64,000 nt of DNA from a virus. Taxonomy: Duplodnaviria; Caudoviricetes. A program made the translations under genes and the position numbers. The first letter of the stretch is position 1. Every line of letters starts with the position of its first letter. The notes under the pieces are model-generated. The model had not been told where the DNA came from, made no database searches, and saw only the letters and a program-made list of their open reading frames with translations. The DNA lies in IMG/VR virus record IMGVR_UViG_3300002895_000002, positions 32,001 through 96,000 of that record. One strand, given 5' to 3'. Below are positions 35,981 to 46,062 of this stretch, piece by piece.

Positions 35981-37036
35981 ATGAAAAAACAGCTCTTTAT
36001 CTTCTCTCTGGAGCCATTGGAGTCCCGCTACACCAAGCAATGGTTCACTCATTTGCCGAAAGTGTTTGGCGAGAAGCTTCCTGAGTTTGAAATCATTCAG
36101 CTCAACGGAACAACGACGTCAGGAAAGCCCACGGAGGGTGCTTTCCTTGACTTCGCTGCAACCAACCTGTGGAAGAACGAGCAAATGAACCTCTTCTTTC
36201 AACGGCTGGGAGCAGGTCAGATTGATGACAATGCTGTGATCCTGTTCACTGACGCATGGAACCCGACTATCCTTGAGGTCAAGTACACCAAGGATCTACT
36301 CAAGAAGAATTGGAAGTTGGTTTCGATCTGGCACGCAGGGTCCTACATAGATGAAGACCCACTCGGTCAGCTCATTCAGGACAAGAGATGGTCCTTGGCT
36401 GCCGAGCGTTCGTTCTACGAGGCATGTGATGTCAACCTGTTCGCCAGCGTTGATCACATTCGCCGGTTTGTTCATGTTATGCCGGGTATCAATGTCAAGA
36501 AGGCACACCGGACAGGATTTCCGATGGAATATATCAGTGAGATTGAACTTCCAAAGGTTCCAAAGAAGAATCAGATTCTGTTTGGTGCTCGACTCAGTCC
36601 TGAGAAGCAACCGGATATTTTCGACGCTCTGTCTGTCCTGCTCCCTGAGTACGAGTTTGTTGCTCCCTTGAGGGATCCCAACCCAACGAAAGAAAAGTAT
36701 CACCTGGCTCTGGCGGAATCAAAGGTCGCTGTTTGGTTCTCAACTCTCGAGACCCTTGGCATAGGTCAGCATGAGGCTCTCCACGCTGGGGCGATACCGC
36801 TAGTTCCTTCCCGGTTGTGTTATCCAGAGCAGTATCCGATCAACTCACCGTTCATCTACCCAGGGGAATGGGCTCAGAATCTTGCTACATCCAATTTACC
36901 TGCGTTGGCTAAGAAGATCAAAGACCTGGTTGAGAATCACGAGAGCTACCATGAAGAAATGGCAAGTGCATATCACTTCCAGCGTGAGAATTTCTTTGGC
37001 TGTGACATTATGTGTAATATCATAAGGGGACTCTAA
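35981..37036 (+). CDS. GT-B glycosyltransferase
   Basis: ILFGARLSPEKQPDIF, ETLGIGQHEALHAGAIPLVP (E-x7-E-like). Confidence 0.85.
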   Translation: MKKQLFIFSLEPLESRYTKQWFTHLPKVFGEKLPEFEIIQLNGTTTSGKPTEGAFLDFAATNLWKNEQMNLFFQRLGAGQIDDNAVILFTDAWNPTILEVKYTKDLLKKNWKLVSIWHAGSYIDEDPLGQLIQDKRWSLAAERSFYEACDVNLFASVDHIRRFVHVMPGINVKKAHRTGFPMEYISEIELPKVPKKNQILFGARLSPEKQPDIFDALSVLLPEYEFVAPLRDPNPTKEKYHLALAESKVAVWFSTLETLGIGQHEALHAGAIPLVPSRLCYPEQYPINSPFIYPGEWAQNLATSNLPALAKKIKDLVENHESYHEEMASAYHFQRENFFGCDIMCNIIRGL

Positions 37037-37566
37037 TGAAGAGAGACTATTCGGACGGCAACACAAACAAAGCAGTTAAATTCTTTGTAGGTAATGAGAT
37101 TGAAAAGACCTCAGCCTATGGAAAGAAGACTCTGTTTGTCGTAATCGACGAAGGCCTTACCAAAGAAGAAGTTGTTGATCAGCTTGTCAACGATGTATCC
37201 ATTGAGCATGTGTATCTCGGAGCAAACAAGTCCAACGAAAACAAATTCAGAGAGGCGTTGCTTGAAAGGATAATCAGGTCAATTCTTATCCTTGATCACC
37301 GACCCATCCACGTCACCATCGATGTCCCATACGAGAAATATGCGAATGTTACTCGGTGGGATCCGGAACTGATGCTTCATAATCGGGTTCATGTGAACTT
37401 GTCTGTTCCTGTTGATAACATCAAGAGGATTAAAAATCTCACAATTAAGATAGACGATATCGGATTCAATATCACCAACGATGGGGTCTGGTGTTTCGAG
37501 CTTGACAAACATCCCGAGTGCAAAACTACATGGGACGAATACAAAGATGACAAGATCATCGAATAG
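37036..37566 (+). CDS. hypothetical protein of the deazaguanine cluster
   Basis: TAATG-coupled to the glycosyltransferase; FFVGNEIEKTSAYGKKTLFVV, HVYLGAN. Confidence 0.7.
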   Translation: MKRDYSDGNTNKAVKFFVGNEIEKTSAYGKKTLFVVIDEGLTKEEVVDQLVNDVSIEHVYLGANKSNENKFREALLERIIRSILILDHRPIHVTIDVPYEKYANVTRWDPELMLHNRVHVNLSVPVDNIKRIKNLTIKIDDIGFNITNDGVWCFELDKHPECKTTWDEYKDDKIIE

Positions 37567-37576
37567 AGGAATCAAT

Positions 37577-38116
37577 ATGATACGATCTGGACTTATCATC
37601 TTCGCACTCATCATCATGAGCATTCTCGGTGTTCATGCCTCTGCGTATGGCGTCGAGTTACTCGTGGAGAACATCAAGGTTTCTGACGGTGACACGTTCA
37701 AAGGGATGTACTACCAACTCCCAATGACTGTCCGTCTAAAGGGCATCGACACTTTCGAGAGTCGACTCGGAGCACGCCTAAACACCCAGATGAACCGGTT
37801 TGGCTTCACTGACCAGTATGAGGCTAAGGCGGTCGGTGTGGCTGCTCGTGAACGACTGAAGCAGATCATGGCCAGCACCCGAGCATGCGTGGTGATTGAT
37901 GAGAATGACCCTACCGACAGCTACGGTCGGTTTGTCGGAAAGGCTCGTCCTGGCACGTGCGGCATTCAGTCGGTCTATGCCATGGACACACTCGTCCGGG
38001 AAGGACTGGCATACGTGGACTACCGCGGCACCACTGATGTGTACTATGCTGATTTGAAGTTGATCGAGGCTCAAGCCAAGGCAGCCAAGCTGGGCATCTG
38101 GAAATACACCAAGTAA
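37577..38116 (+). CDS. thermonuclease (SNase) family protein with signal peptide
   Basis: hydrophobic N-terminus; SDGDT, RLKGIDT.E, DSYGR, LVREGLA. Confidence 0.9.
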   Translation: MIRSGLIIFALIIMSILGVHASAYGVELLVENIKVSDGDTFKGMYYQLPMTVRLKGIDTFESRLGARLNTQMNRFGFTDQYEAKAVGVAARERLKQIMASTRACVVIDENDPTDSYGRFVGKARPGTCGIQSVYAMDTLVREGLAYVDYRGTTDVYYADLKLIEAQAKAAKLGIWKYTK

Positions 38117-38138
38117 TTACGATGAAAGGAAAGAACGA

Positions 38139-38840
38139 ATGAGCAATCTGAAGGTCGTACTTTTGCAGCACACCCCTGAGCCTGAGCGGACATGTGCTCT
38201 CGCGGCTCGGCTCTGCTACTCTCCGGTTGGCATCGAGCAGCTCCAGGAGAAGATGAGCGACAAGGACTGTCGTACGCTGTTGGAGAAGATCATGTCCATC
38301 GGGCACTTCTCGGTGCTGGAGCACGCCTCCTTCACCTTTGGCATCGAGGGGATCAGCCGAGCCTTGAGCCATCAGTTGGTCCGGCACCGTCTGGCATCAT
38401 ACTCCCAGCAGTCCCAGCGGTATGTGAAGTTCAGCGGTGGTATCCCGGCGGTTATCCCGGAGAGCATCAGGGCAAACGAGGATGCCATGAATCTCTTCGA
38501 GTGGGTCATGGAGACATGCGAGCAGGCTTACAACGAGCTGATAGAGCATGGGATACCGGCTGAGGATGCCCGCTTCGTGGTACCGAATGCTGCCGAGACG
38601 AAGATCATCATGACCATGAACGCCCGGGAGCTGCTCCACTTCTTCGGTCACCGCTGCTGCAACAGAGCACAGTGGGAGATCCGGAAGATGGCCGACGAGA
38701 TGCTCAGGCTCTGCTACCAGGTGGCGCCGATCATCTTCGAAAAGGGCGGACCGAGCTGCGTCTCTGAAGGTGTATGCCATGAGGGCAAGATGTGCTGCGG
38801 CACGGTCAGGACCAAAGAGGAACTGCTTTACGGAGTCTGA
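38139..38840 (+). CDS. thyX: FAD-dependent thymidylate synthase
   Basis: GHFSVLEH, RHRLASYSQQSQRY signature, EDARFVVPNA. Confidence 0.97.
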   Translation: MSNLKVVLLQHTPEPERTCALAARLCYSPVGIEQLQEKMSDKDCRTLLEKIMSIGHFSVLEHASFTFGIEGISRALSHQLVRHRLASYSQQSQRYVKFSGGIPAVIPESIRANEDAMNLFEWVMETCEQAYNELIEHGIPAEDARFVVPNAAETKIIMTMNARELLHFFGHRCCNRAQWEIRKMADEMLRLCYQVAPIIFEKGGPSCVSEGVCHEGKMCCGTVRTKEELLYGV

Positions 38841-38859
38841 GGAATGACATTTCGTCCAT

Positions 38860-38902
38860 GATAAATAAAGGTGCTTGGGACATAAACCCAAGCACCTTTA
38901 TT
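38860..38902 (+). promoter_or_regulatory. late promoter overlapping a 16-bp hairpin
   Basis: GATAAATA 38860-38867; AATAAAGGTGCTTGGG/CCCAAGCACCTTTATT. Confidence 0.65.
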
Positions 38903-38919
38903 CTTATTTGAGGATAATC

Positions 38920-39378
38920 ATGGACAAATTTATTGGAATACTCGAAGAACAAATTATGATCGATCTTATTAATGAAGAAAGATCACAAACTCAAAAGGAT
39001 GCGATGGAACGAGACTATAAAGCTCTCAAAAGTATTCATCGAATCACCGGAAAATTTATTCCTCTTTCAAAAATGGATGGATTGAGATACTCTGTAAATA
39101 ACAAAGGTCAGCATTTCCATCTTATACATGATAGTATTGGTGTTGATCACAAAGTCAGTTTTGATGACGTCAACCATCATGCTGGAATTGGAACACATGA
39201 ATTTGCAGATTTCCTTAATAGACACGGTGCAAGACAAGTAGATTACAATGGGAAAGATATCCCAGATCATCTCAAGTTTGCTCCATCCAGAGTTGCCTCA
39301 TCGTCAAATAATCAAAATGGATCAAAATCATGGAAACAGGTTGGTCCTAACGGATTTTGGAAACTCGTCGACGCCTAG
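38920..39378 (+). CDS. hypothetical late protein
   Basis: SD GAGG; MDKFIGILEE. Confidence 0.7.
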   Translation: MDKFIGILEEQIMIDLINEERSQTQKDAMERDYKALKSIHRITGKFIPLSKMDGLRYSVNNKGQHFHLIHDSIGVDHKVSFDDVNHHAGIGTHEFADFLNRHGARQVDYNGKDIPDHLKFAPSRVASSSNNQNGSKSWKQVGPNGFWKLVDA

Positions 39379-39387
39379 GAGAATAAT

Positions 39388-41181
39388 GTGAAACGCTTTC
39401 TTCAATATCTAACAGAAGCTCCCCTCAGCCCCAAGCATAAAAAAGAATTGCACCTTATGATGGGGAAAGAATACCCAGAACCAACCAAGGATGATCGGAT
39501 CGAGATTCCTTTACACTCAGGACCTGATGTTACTCCACATCCCGATGTACAATCCCACCTGGAGAAGCACGGTTATCAGATCAAGGATTACAAGGCTGGT
39601 ATTGCCTACCACCCCGAGAAGAAGCAGGAAATCAAAATCGGTAAAGCTCTGGAGAAAACCAAAGCTGAAGGATCGGTTGTTGCTGCGTTCAGAGATGACC
39701 CAAGGCGTGCTCTGTCAAAGAAGGCTGATAGTGATCTGAAGGTTGTTATCACCAAACATCCCCACGATATCGCCAACAAGAGCACCAACCAACACTGGAC
39801 TAGCTGCATGGATATGGATGGTGGGTCAAATCGTCATTATATTCCAGCTGATATTCGTGCTGGTGCTCATGAGGCATATCTGGTTCACAAAGATGATCAC
39901 AATCTCGAGAACCCACTTGGTCGCATCTCACTCAAGCCGTTCCACTCATACGATATCGAACATGGAGACCACACCATCCTCCGCCCTGAGGGTAAAACGT
40001 ATGGTGCCGGTCATGCTGCGTTTCATAAGACAGTTCAGGATTGGGCTGAGAAGACACACCCAGCACATCCCGAACGAGTCTATACCAAAGACGAAGATCT
40101 GTACAATGATGATGACCGTCATAAGATTTACGGATCGAAAGTGATGGATCGCTTCTCTAAATCAGAAGACTTTGATCAACGCAGTTACGCAGCACAACAT
40201 GGTGAAGCTCATCATATCGACAACATAATCAAAACGATGGGAAATCATCCGTATAGCTATGGAATAACGAAAGCAATCGCCCAAAACCCACATGCGACTC
40301 CGGAACACCTTCGGACTCTCGCACACCATGAGCGGGCTTCAGCTACTTTGATGGGTCATGTTGTTAATCATCCAAACGCTCCCGATGATGTGATCGATCA
40401 TGCAATTGACCGATTTGATACTCATGCAATAGAGTTTGCTAAGAGTCCAAATCTGAAACCGGCTCACATTGATAAGCTGTTAGCGAAGGGAAGTGGAAAC
40501 GTTGCTCGGGTTCTTGGCTCTCACCACAACCCGCAACCACATCACTTCGACGCGTTGGCGAATCACGAACATTGGACCGTCCGGCAAGCTGTTGCTGAGA
40601 ACCCAAGGCTCCCCGTTCATCACCAAGAGAAACTGGCTGAGGATGAGGATAGTGACATCAGGGAGAGCCTGACAAAGAACCCGAATCTGAAACATCACGT
40701 CATAAGCAAACTGATTCAGGATCCCGTCAACTCGGTTATCCAACATGTTGCTGAACATGCTAAGGTCAATGATGATCACGTCAAGGAGCTTGCAAAGCAT
40801 CCGAATAACGGGGTCCGATTCAATCTTGTAAACAACCCACACCTCAAGTCTCATCATCTGGATCATATTATCGATCACAGTGATGATGAGACGGTTCATA
40901 ATCTGGTTCTAGAGAATCCTCTTGTCACTAAAGATCACATCCATAAGATGATCAAGAAGGGCAAGGTATTTGGCGGCAGAGTCATTGAGCATCCTTTGAC
41001 TGATGAAAGTCACATGGAAGCAATGGCAAAATCACCAATTGAGGATATGCGGTTCACTGTTGCTCGGCACAGAAACGCACCAGAGCATGTTCTCAAGCAT
41101 TTGTCTAATGATTCTGATGAAATGATCCGCAGTAGAGCACAGAGACAGCTCAGACTACGTTTCGACCACGATACTGAATAA
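39388..41181 (+). CDS. putative internal protein with C-terminal leucine-rich-variant/HEAT-like repeats
   Basis: MKRFLQYLTE; about 12 repeats of type AxNPxxxxxHxxxL. Confidence 0.75.
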   Translation: MKRFLQYLTEAPLSPKHKKELHLMMGKEYPEPTKDDRIEIPLHSGPDVTPHPDVQSHLEKHGYQIKDYKAGIAYHPEKKQEIKIGKALEKTKAEGSVVAAFRDDPRRALSKKADSDLKVVITKHPHDIANKSTNQHWTSCMDMDGGSNRHYIPADIRAGAHEAYLVHKDDHNLENPLGRISLKPFHSYDIEHGDHTILRPEGKTYGAGHAAFHKTVQDWAEKTHPAHPERVYTKDEDLYNDDDRHKIYGSKVMDRFSKSEDFDQRSYAAQHGEAHHIDNIIKTMGNHPYSYGITKAIAQNPHATPEHLRTLAHHERASATLMGHVVNHPNAPDDVIDHAIDRFDTHAIEFAKSPNLKPAHIDKLLAKGSGNVARVLGSHHNPQPHHFDALANHEHWTVRQAVAENPRLPVHHQEKLAEDEDSDIRESLTKNPNLKHHVISKLIQDPVNSVIQHVAEHAKVNDDHVKELAKHPNNGVRFNLVNNPHLKSHHLDHIIDHSDDETVHNLVLENPLVTKDHIHKMIKKGKVFGGRVIEHPLTDESHMEAMAKSPIEDMRFTVARHRNAPEHVLKHLSNDSDEMIRSRAQRQLRLRFDHDTE

Positions 41182-41190
41182 TCTGAGAGG

Positions 41191-41198
41191 AATAAATA
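41191..41198 (+). promoter_or_regulatory. late promoter
   Basis: AATAAATA. Confidence 0.55.
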
Positions 41199-41205
41199 AT
41201 ACAAG

Positions 41206-41880
41206 ATGAAGATTTTTGGACCGATAGACATAAACCTGAACCAGGCCATCGAGCTTGGCCTGGAGAGACTGCCTGACTTTCCGCCGGTAGATGATGCCAA
41301 GCTCGGCCGGGTGTTCTTCCATCTCGGGAACTCCACTGCATACCTATGCATTCTTGAGTATGACCCGCTGAATCCAACTACCACACCGATCTGGAAGAAC
41401 ATTGGCGGCGGTGCAGAGATCAGCGACACTGAAGTTACTCTGTTCAAGACGTGGTCGTCCCAGAAGATTCGTGATGAGATCGACCTGGCCAAGCTCAACC
41501 GTCAGACGGTGTATGACATTGCTGGATCTATCCATGGGGTTGTGCCGGGTGGTGAAGTTGCAGTCATGCGTTTCGTTGCTGTTACACCGTTCTACTTCGA
41601 GAACAACTTCCCGAACAGCCAAGGGCGGTGTGAGAATGTGGATCACATGGGCATCGACCTGGGCATAGTCATCTCGTTCACTATGTGCAAGAACGGTGTA
41701 CCATTTGGACAGATGACATTCACCTCTGAATATGCGGTGTTCACTGGGCCGCGGACAGACTTCGAGATTCGGGATGTGCTGACTGTACTCTCACCAGCAG
41801 TCGTGCCAACGGTTGAGTTTGCTGGAAACCCATACACGCCATCCAATGCCGAATGGACATTGGTTGCTACTTTACGATAG
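41206..41880 (+). CDS. virion/tail-associated protein
   Basis: shares the N-terminal module and TWSSxKI motif with the 48111, 51852 and 55597 proteins. Confidence 0.7.
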   Translation: MKIFGPIDINLNQAIELGLERLPDFPPVDDAKLGRVFFHLGNSTAYLCILEYDPLNPTTTPIWKNIGGGAEISDTEVTLFKTWSSQKIRDEIDLAKLNRQTVYDIAGSIHGVVPGGEVAVMRFVAVTPFYFENNFPNSQGRCENVDHMGIDLGIVISFTMCKNGVPFGQMTFTSEYAVFTGPRTDFEIRDVLTVLSPAVVPTVEFAGNPYTPSNAEWTLVATLR

Positions 41881-41886
41881 GAGAAT

Positions 41887-43101
41887 ATGATGGGTCACTT
41901 TGTTAGAAAGCATGGGTTCGTCTCATGGCCTGATCTGATAGGAGACGTGGTTACCGAGATGAGCAATAACGGCTTCAATCTCGTTTTCACGGGTGTGGAT
42001 AAGTACACGTTGGAGGCCACAGCCACGGTAGATCCGTTGGCTGCTACCCAACCTTGGCGGATTCACTTTGATGCTGCTTACTTTGAGTACAAGTATCTCC
42101 CGCCGATTTCCACGAACCATGTTGTGAATGTTGACAACGAGTTCGTAAAGATTGTGGATGTGCCTGAAGATGTTTCCGGACGGCTTCGTTGTCAAACCAA
42201 GCGTGTTACTGACTACGGAAAGATCTACGTCGGTACACCCATTCAACTCCCTGATGATGGAAGTGTAGCTTCGTATTCCCCGACCATTCGGATGTATGAC
42301 AAGTATCTCCGGAAAGTTACGAAGATCTTCCCAGGTCAGCTTTACACCCAGATCCCGACGACTGCCTATAACTTCGACCAAACCTCGGAGATCTCTCATC
42401 CGTCCGATGACTTTGTGCCGGGCAACATCGATACGATCTTCAACAGCATCGACATGAACCCGTGCAATCCATGCACTTACACGTTGGCCATCAGTGATCA
42501 CGGGTTTGTTCTCTCGGTCGTATCTGAAAGCAAGGCGTTGGGTACCGGAAATTTCTGGATGAACTGTCAGCGATTGGTTGACAGTAAGACCGGGGAGATC
42601 TTCACCACGGGTCACAGTCCGGTAGTTTGCCTGTATCACATCGATGTTCTTGATACCGAGACCACCACATTCGTTCTCGGTGACGATAACGTCTTCGTTC
42701 CTGACTGTCTATCATTCAATCTTGCTCGTTATGACAACACCAACATGATCATCATCAGGGAAGCGGATGTATATGCTCCAAACCTACCGGTGCCGGTCAA
42801 TCAGAGCAACCAGTACATCAACGGAATATGGAATGCCAATAAGCAGCTCTCCATCTCCAAGACGGATGAGTATATCGTGAACTTCCCCGACGGCATCACC
42901 ACTGACCGTCACTTTTATCCGAACATGCGGATAGACATGGTAGGCTTCATCTCGGCTCAGGTAATCGCTGAAAGCTCGGTCTTCCCCATCACCCTGCATG
43001 AGGAACCGACACAACGTACATACATTGCACAAAGATCCAATGTGGGTTACATGGAAGGCTCACGGATGGTCATGCAGAAATCCGGTCAAGGAATTGACTA
43101 A
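41887..43101 (+). CDS. virion structural protein, paralog A
   Basis: aligned motifs with 43123 (VDPL, LAISD.G.VL, QRLVD..TGE, .R.DM..F). Confidence 0.7.
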   Translation: MMGHFVRKHGFVSWPDLIGDVVTEMSNNGFNLVFTGVDKYTLEATATVDPLAATQPWRIHFDAAYFEYKYLPPISTNHVVNVDNEFVKIVDVPEDVSGRLRCQTKRVTDYGKIYVGTPIQLPDDGSVASYSPTIRMYDKYLRKVTKIFPGQLYTQIPTTAYNFDQTSEISHPSDDFVPGNIDTIFNSIDMNPCNPCTYTLAISDHGFVLSVVSESKALGTGNFWMNCQRLVDSKTGEIFTTGHSPVVCLYHIDVLDTETTTFVLGDDNVFVPDCLSFNLARYDNTNMIIIREADVYAPNLPVPVNQSNQYINGIWNANKQLSISKTDEYIVNFPDGITTDRHFYPNMRIDMVGFISAQVIAESSVFPITLHEEPTQRTYIAQRSNVGYMEGSRMVMQKSGQGID

Positions 43102-43122
43102 ACACTAAAGGAGAAATAACTC

Positions 43123-44331
43123 ATGGGATTCACTGTTGAAAGAGGCGGATTCGTAGATATCGCAACGCTGATGAACGCCATCATTAACGATCTTGCTGGA
43201 CACGGCTTCACCCCGAAGTATGTAGACCTCGGAGCAACCACTGACACTCCAGGAACTATGACTGCCACCAAGGCTACCTTTGAGGTAAGCTCGGCTGTTG
43301 ACCCACTCAATGGTACACAGACCTGGCGTCTGATGGTGGACGGTACTGTCCCGGGTGGCCATGTTGTTTTTGGTACTGCTCTTCAGCTTCCGGATACTGG
43401 CGAATGCTACAGGAGCAACGGCACGGTCGTTCCTGCTGGTAACACCACATTCATGGCTGACATCAAGGGCTCGTTCGGTGCACCGTTTGCTGACGCTGCT
43501 TACATCAACCCGGCTACTCCGTGGAGCTACCGTCTGGCTATCTCCGATCGCGGCCTGGTTCTCGAGACCTGGCAGAACGCTCCGATTGCTCAGCGTCGGT
43601 TCTCCTGGTTCTGCGCACAGCGACTGGTTGATGCGCGGACTGGTGAGGTGTATGTAGTAGGCCATGCACCGGTAGTTGCTCTCGGTTCGTTCAATGCTTC
43701 CGCTACGGTCAGCAAGATTGTCATCCGTGAGAACGACGTGTTTGCTCCGACTCCGCCGGAAGTCGTCTCGGCCAACTCTGACTACATTGGTGCTGTCATC
43801 AATGCCGTGAAGCAGATCAGTCTGGCAGAGTCCAACCAGTACTACGTCACCTTCCCGGCCGGCTTCAACACCGAACGGCATCTGTACAACGAAGAGATGG
43901 ACATGCTGGCATTCACCTCTGCTGGTGTTCTCTCCCAGTTCAACGATGCGGTCATCAACGTCTACGGTCACCGTAACATTCAGGTCGTCAACGGTACCTT
44001 CGCCAACACCGCTCTCATCAAGGGTACCGAGATTGTTGGTGTTACTTCCGGTGCACGTGCCAAGATCCTTGCTCTGAATAACGAGGCAGGTACCTGGAGC
44101 ATCGGCACTGGTACTGGTGTTCTCTTCGTCTCCATGTGCGGCGGGGAGTTCGTTGACGGTGAGCTCCTGAAGATTGGTACTCCTACCGGTGATACCCTGG
44201 CTACTACCGAGATCATCTCCCAGGAGTCCACTGTCATCACCCGTACCTACAAGGGCGGCAATGCCAACTACATCAACGACTCCGAGGGTATGCGGATTCT
44301 CATTCTGGTTGGTGGCGGCGGAGTAGTCTAA
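43123..44331 (+). CDS. virion structural protein, paralog B
   Basis: SD AAGGAG; paralog of 41887. Confidence 0.75.
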   Translation: MGFTVERGGFVDIATLMNAIINDLAGHGFTPKYVDLGATTDTPGTMTATKATFEVSSAVDPLNGTQTWRLMVDGTVPGGHVVFGTALQLPDTGECYRSNGTVVPAGNTTFMADIKGSFGAPFADAAYINPATPWSYRLAISDRGLVLETWQNAPIAQRRFSWFCAQRLVDARTGEVYVVGHAPVVALGSFNASATVSKIVIRENDVFAPTPPEVVSANSDYIGAVINAVKQISLAESNQYYVTFPAGFNTERHLYNEEMDMLAFTSAGVLSQFNDAVINVYGHRNIQVVNGTFANTALIKGTEIVGVTSGARAKILALNNEAGTWSIGTGTGVLFVSMCGGEFVDGELLKIGTPTGDTLATTEIISQESTVITRTYKGGNANYINDSEGMRILILVGGGGVV

Positions 44332-46062
44332 GTGTTCATTCCAAGAGGGACCATAGCGAGGCTGCCATTTGACGGCAGCCTCGCGGATGTTATCGGTACA
44401 TCCGATGCCACCCTTTTGGATGGAGTGGCTCAGTACAGCACTGAGGCCGTGGATAACCAGTGCTTCGTTGCCAACGGTGTGGAGTATGCCAGTATGCCCT
44501 TCACACCCACTACCGAGTGGACCGTACTCTTCTACTCTAGACCAACAGTCAGTGAGCAGAATGCCAGTTCGTCTTTCTTCATCCTGGACGACGGTGTTGG
44601 GAGATATGGCATAGGGGTGTACATGCCACCGGGCTACGGCGAAGATGAGTATAGCCTGGGGAACCACGGTGGATGGGGTTCGCTTGGACTCATCAACAGC
44701 AATGACGTGCCATCCTATACGGATAGTCAGATGCTGATCATGGACCCGCTCTTCCAAGCATGGGCACTGCGGCTGAGCGGTGGATCGGTGGATGTGTTCC
44801 TGAACGGTGTCAAGCTGCCGGTGTCCATCACCAATCTACCGGTACTCACTGCACCCACGGCGTATCTCTTCGGGAATGCTGATGACGGGGGTTTGGTCAC
44901 CAGGACCGACGAGCTGGTAATCAGTGAGGTTGCTCTGACCGATGAGGAGATCCTGGAATGGGTGAACCGCAGGAGACCATTGAAGCTCACGTTCTACCGT
45001 AGGCCTGTCACAGTGCAGTTCATCAAGGCAGAACGGAGTGATGCACTGTTGGTGGATGCCAAGCCTGCGGTGAAGAAGATCCGCTCCACCGAGAAGCAGG
45101 TGAGTATTCTCCCAGAGTGGTTGGCATCATCCCAGAAGTACACCATGAGCACTGAGTTCAGCAAAACTACCAGAAATCTGCTGATGAATCCGGCCATCCC
45201 GTCGTATGTGAAGAAGCTCACTAGTGTGCACCATGAGCATATGATCAAGCGGGATGTCATCAAAAGAACTAGGCAGTCAACCGCGAACATCCAGCAGATG
45301 CGGTTGATAGTTGGTGAAGGCAGAGGTCATCTGAACATTGCTCTACCGAAGTACAAGGAAGCACTGCATGTCTCAACGATCGCGGCCGGGTACAGTCTGG
45401 TCGAGGGCATGGGACGGTTCGGTTATCTGAACGGAGCGGCGTTCAAGTTCATCACTGACCAGGAGCATAACGAAGCCGTCCAGATGATCTATGAGACATC
45501 AGCAGTCATCTCTCACCTCGGGCAAGTCCAACGAGCCATGGAAGAAGCAGGTAGGTTGGCCAAGATTGTCCAGCAGCGGATGGTCAACGAAACCCAGCAG
45601 AAGTCCCATGTTACCAATCAGACGATGCAGAGTACGGCAGTCAGACCAAACATTGCCACCATCGTTACCAACAGCGATCCGCTCCTGAACAAGAAGATCA
45701 CCTCCAACGGTTTCGCTGATAGAAAGTATCAGCTGCCGAAGACGAAGGTGATTGTTCCCGGCACGATAGATCCGCAACGGCCGAAGATTCAGACGACCGT
45801 TCGTACTCCAATCAAGAAGCAACCTGTCATTCGTCGTGGGGTAAGCCACGAAGGTAAATACATAAAAAGAGAGCTGAATGTTGCGGTGAATGCTGAGGAG
45901 AAGGCGTTCATCAAGAAGATTGCTCCACAGAACCCCACTGTCCGGGCGAGCTATGCTAAGTATCTCGACAAGAAGAGAAAACTCAGCAAGTATGTCACGT
46001 CGAGTACAGGCAACATTCAGCGCATCATCATAAACTGCACCCCGTGGAAAGGTGAAGAATAA
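44332..46062 (+). CDS. virion protein with N-terminal LamG/ConA-like domain
   Basis: WTVLFY...FFILD...LSGGSVDVFLNG...TDELVISEVALTDEEI; basic C-terminal half. Confidence 0.65.
   Translation: MFIPRGTIARLPFDGSLADVIGTSDATLLDGVAQYSTEAVDNQCFVANGVEYASMPFTPTTEWTVLFYSRPTVSEQNASSSFFILDDGVGRYGIGVYMPPGYGEDEYSLGNHGGWGSLGLINSNDVPSYTDSQMLIMDPLFQAWALRLSGGSVDVFLNGVKLPVSITNLPVLTAPTAYLFGNADDGGLVTRTDELVISEVALTDEEILEWVNRRRPLKLTFYRRPVTVQFIKAERSDALLVDAKPAVKKIRSTEKQVSILPEWLASSQKYTMSTEFSKTTRNLLMNPAIPSYVKKLTSVHHEHMIKRDVIKRTRQSTANIQQMRLIVGEGRGHLNIALPKYKEALHVSTIAAGYSLVEGMGRFGYLNGAAFKFITDQEHNEAVQMIYETSAVISHLGQVQRAMEEAGRLAKIVQQRMVNETQQKSHVTNQTMQSTAVRPNIATIVTNSDPLLNKKITSNGFADRKYQLPKTKVIVPGTIDPQRPKIQTTVRTPIKKQPVIRRGVSHEGKYIKRELNVAVNAEEKAFIKKIAPQNPTVRASYAKYLDKKRKLSKYVTSSTGNIQRIIINCTPWKGEE

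Noticed and set aside
43105-44757. 550-aa minus-strand ORF and similar long antisense ORFs (e.g. 54416-55375, 32761-33462)
   Set aside because: Shadow frames of well-supported + strand genes with biased codon usage; no motifs or SD.
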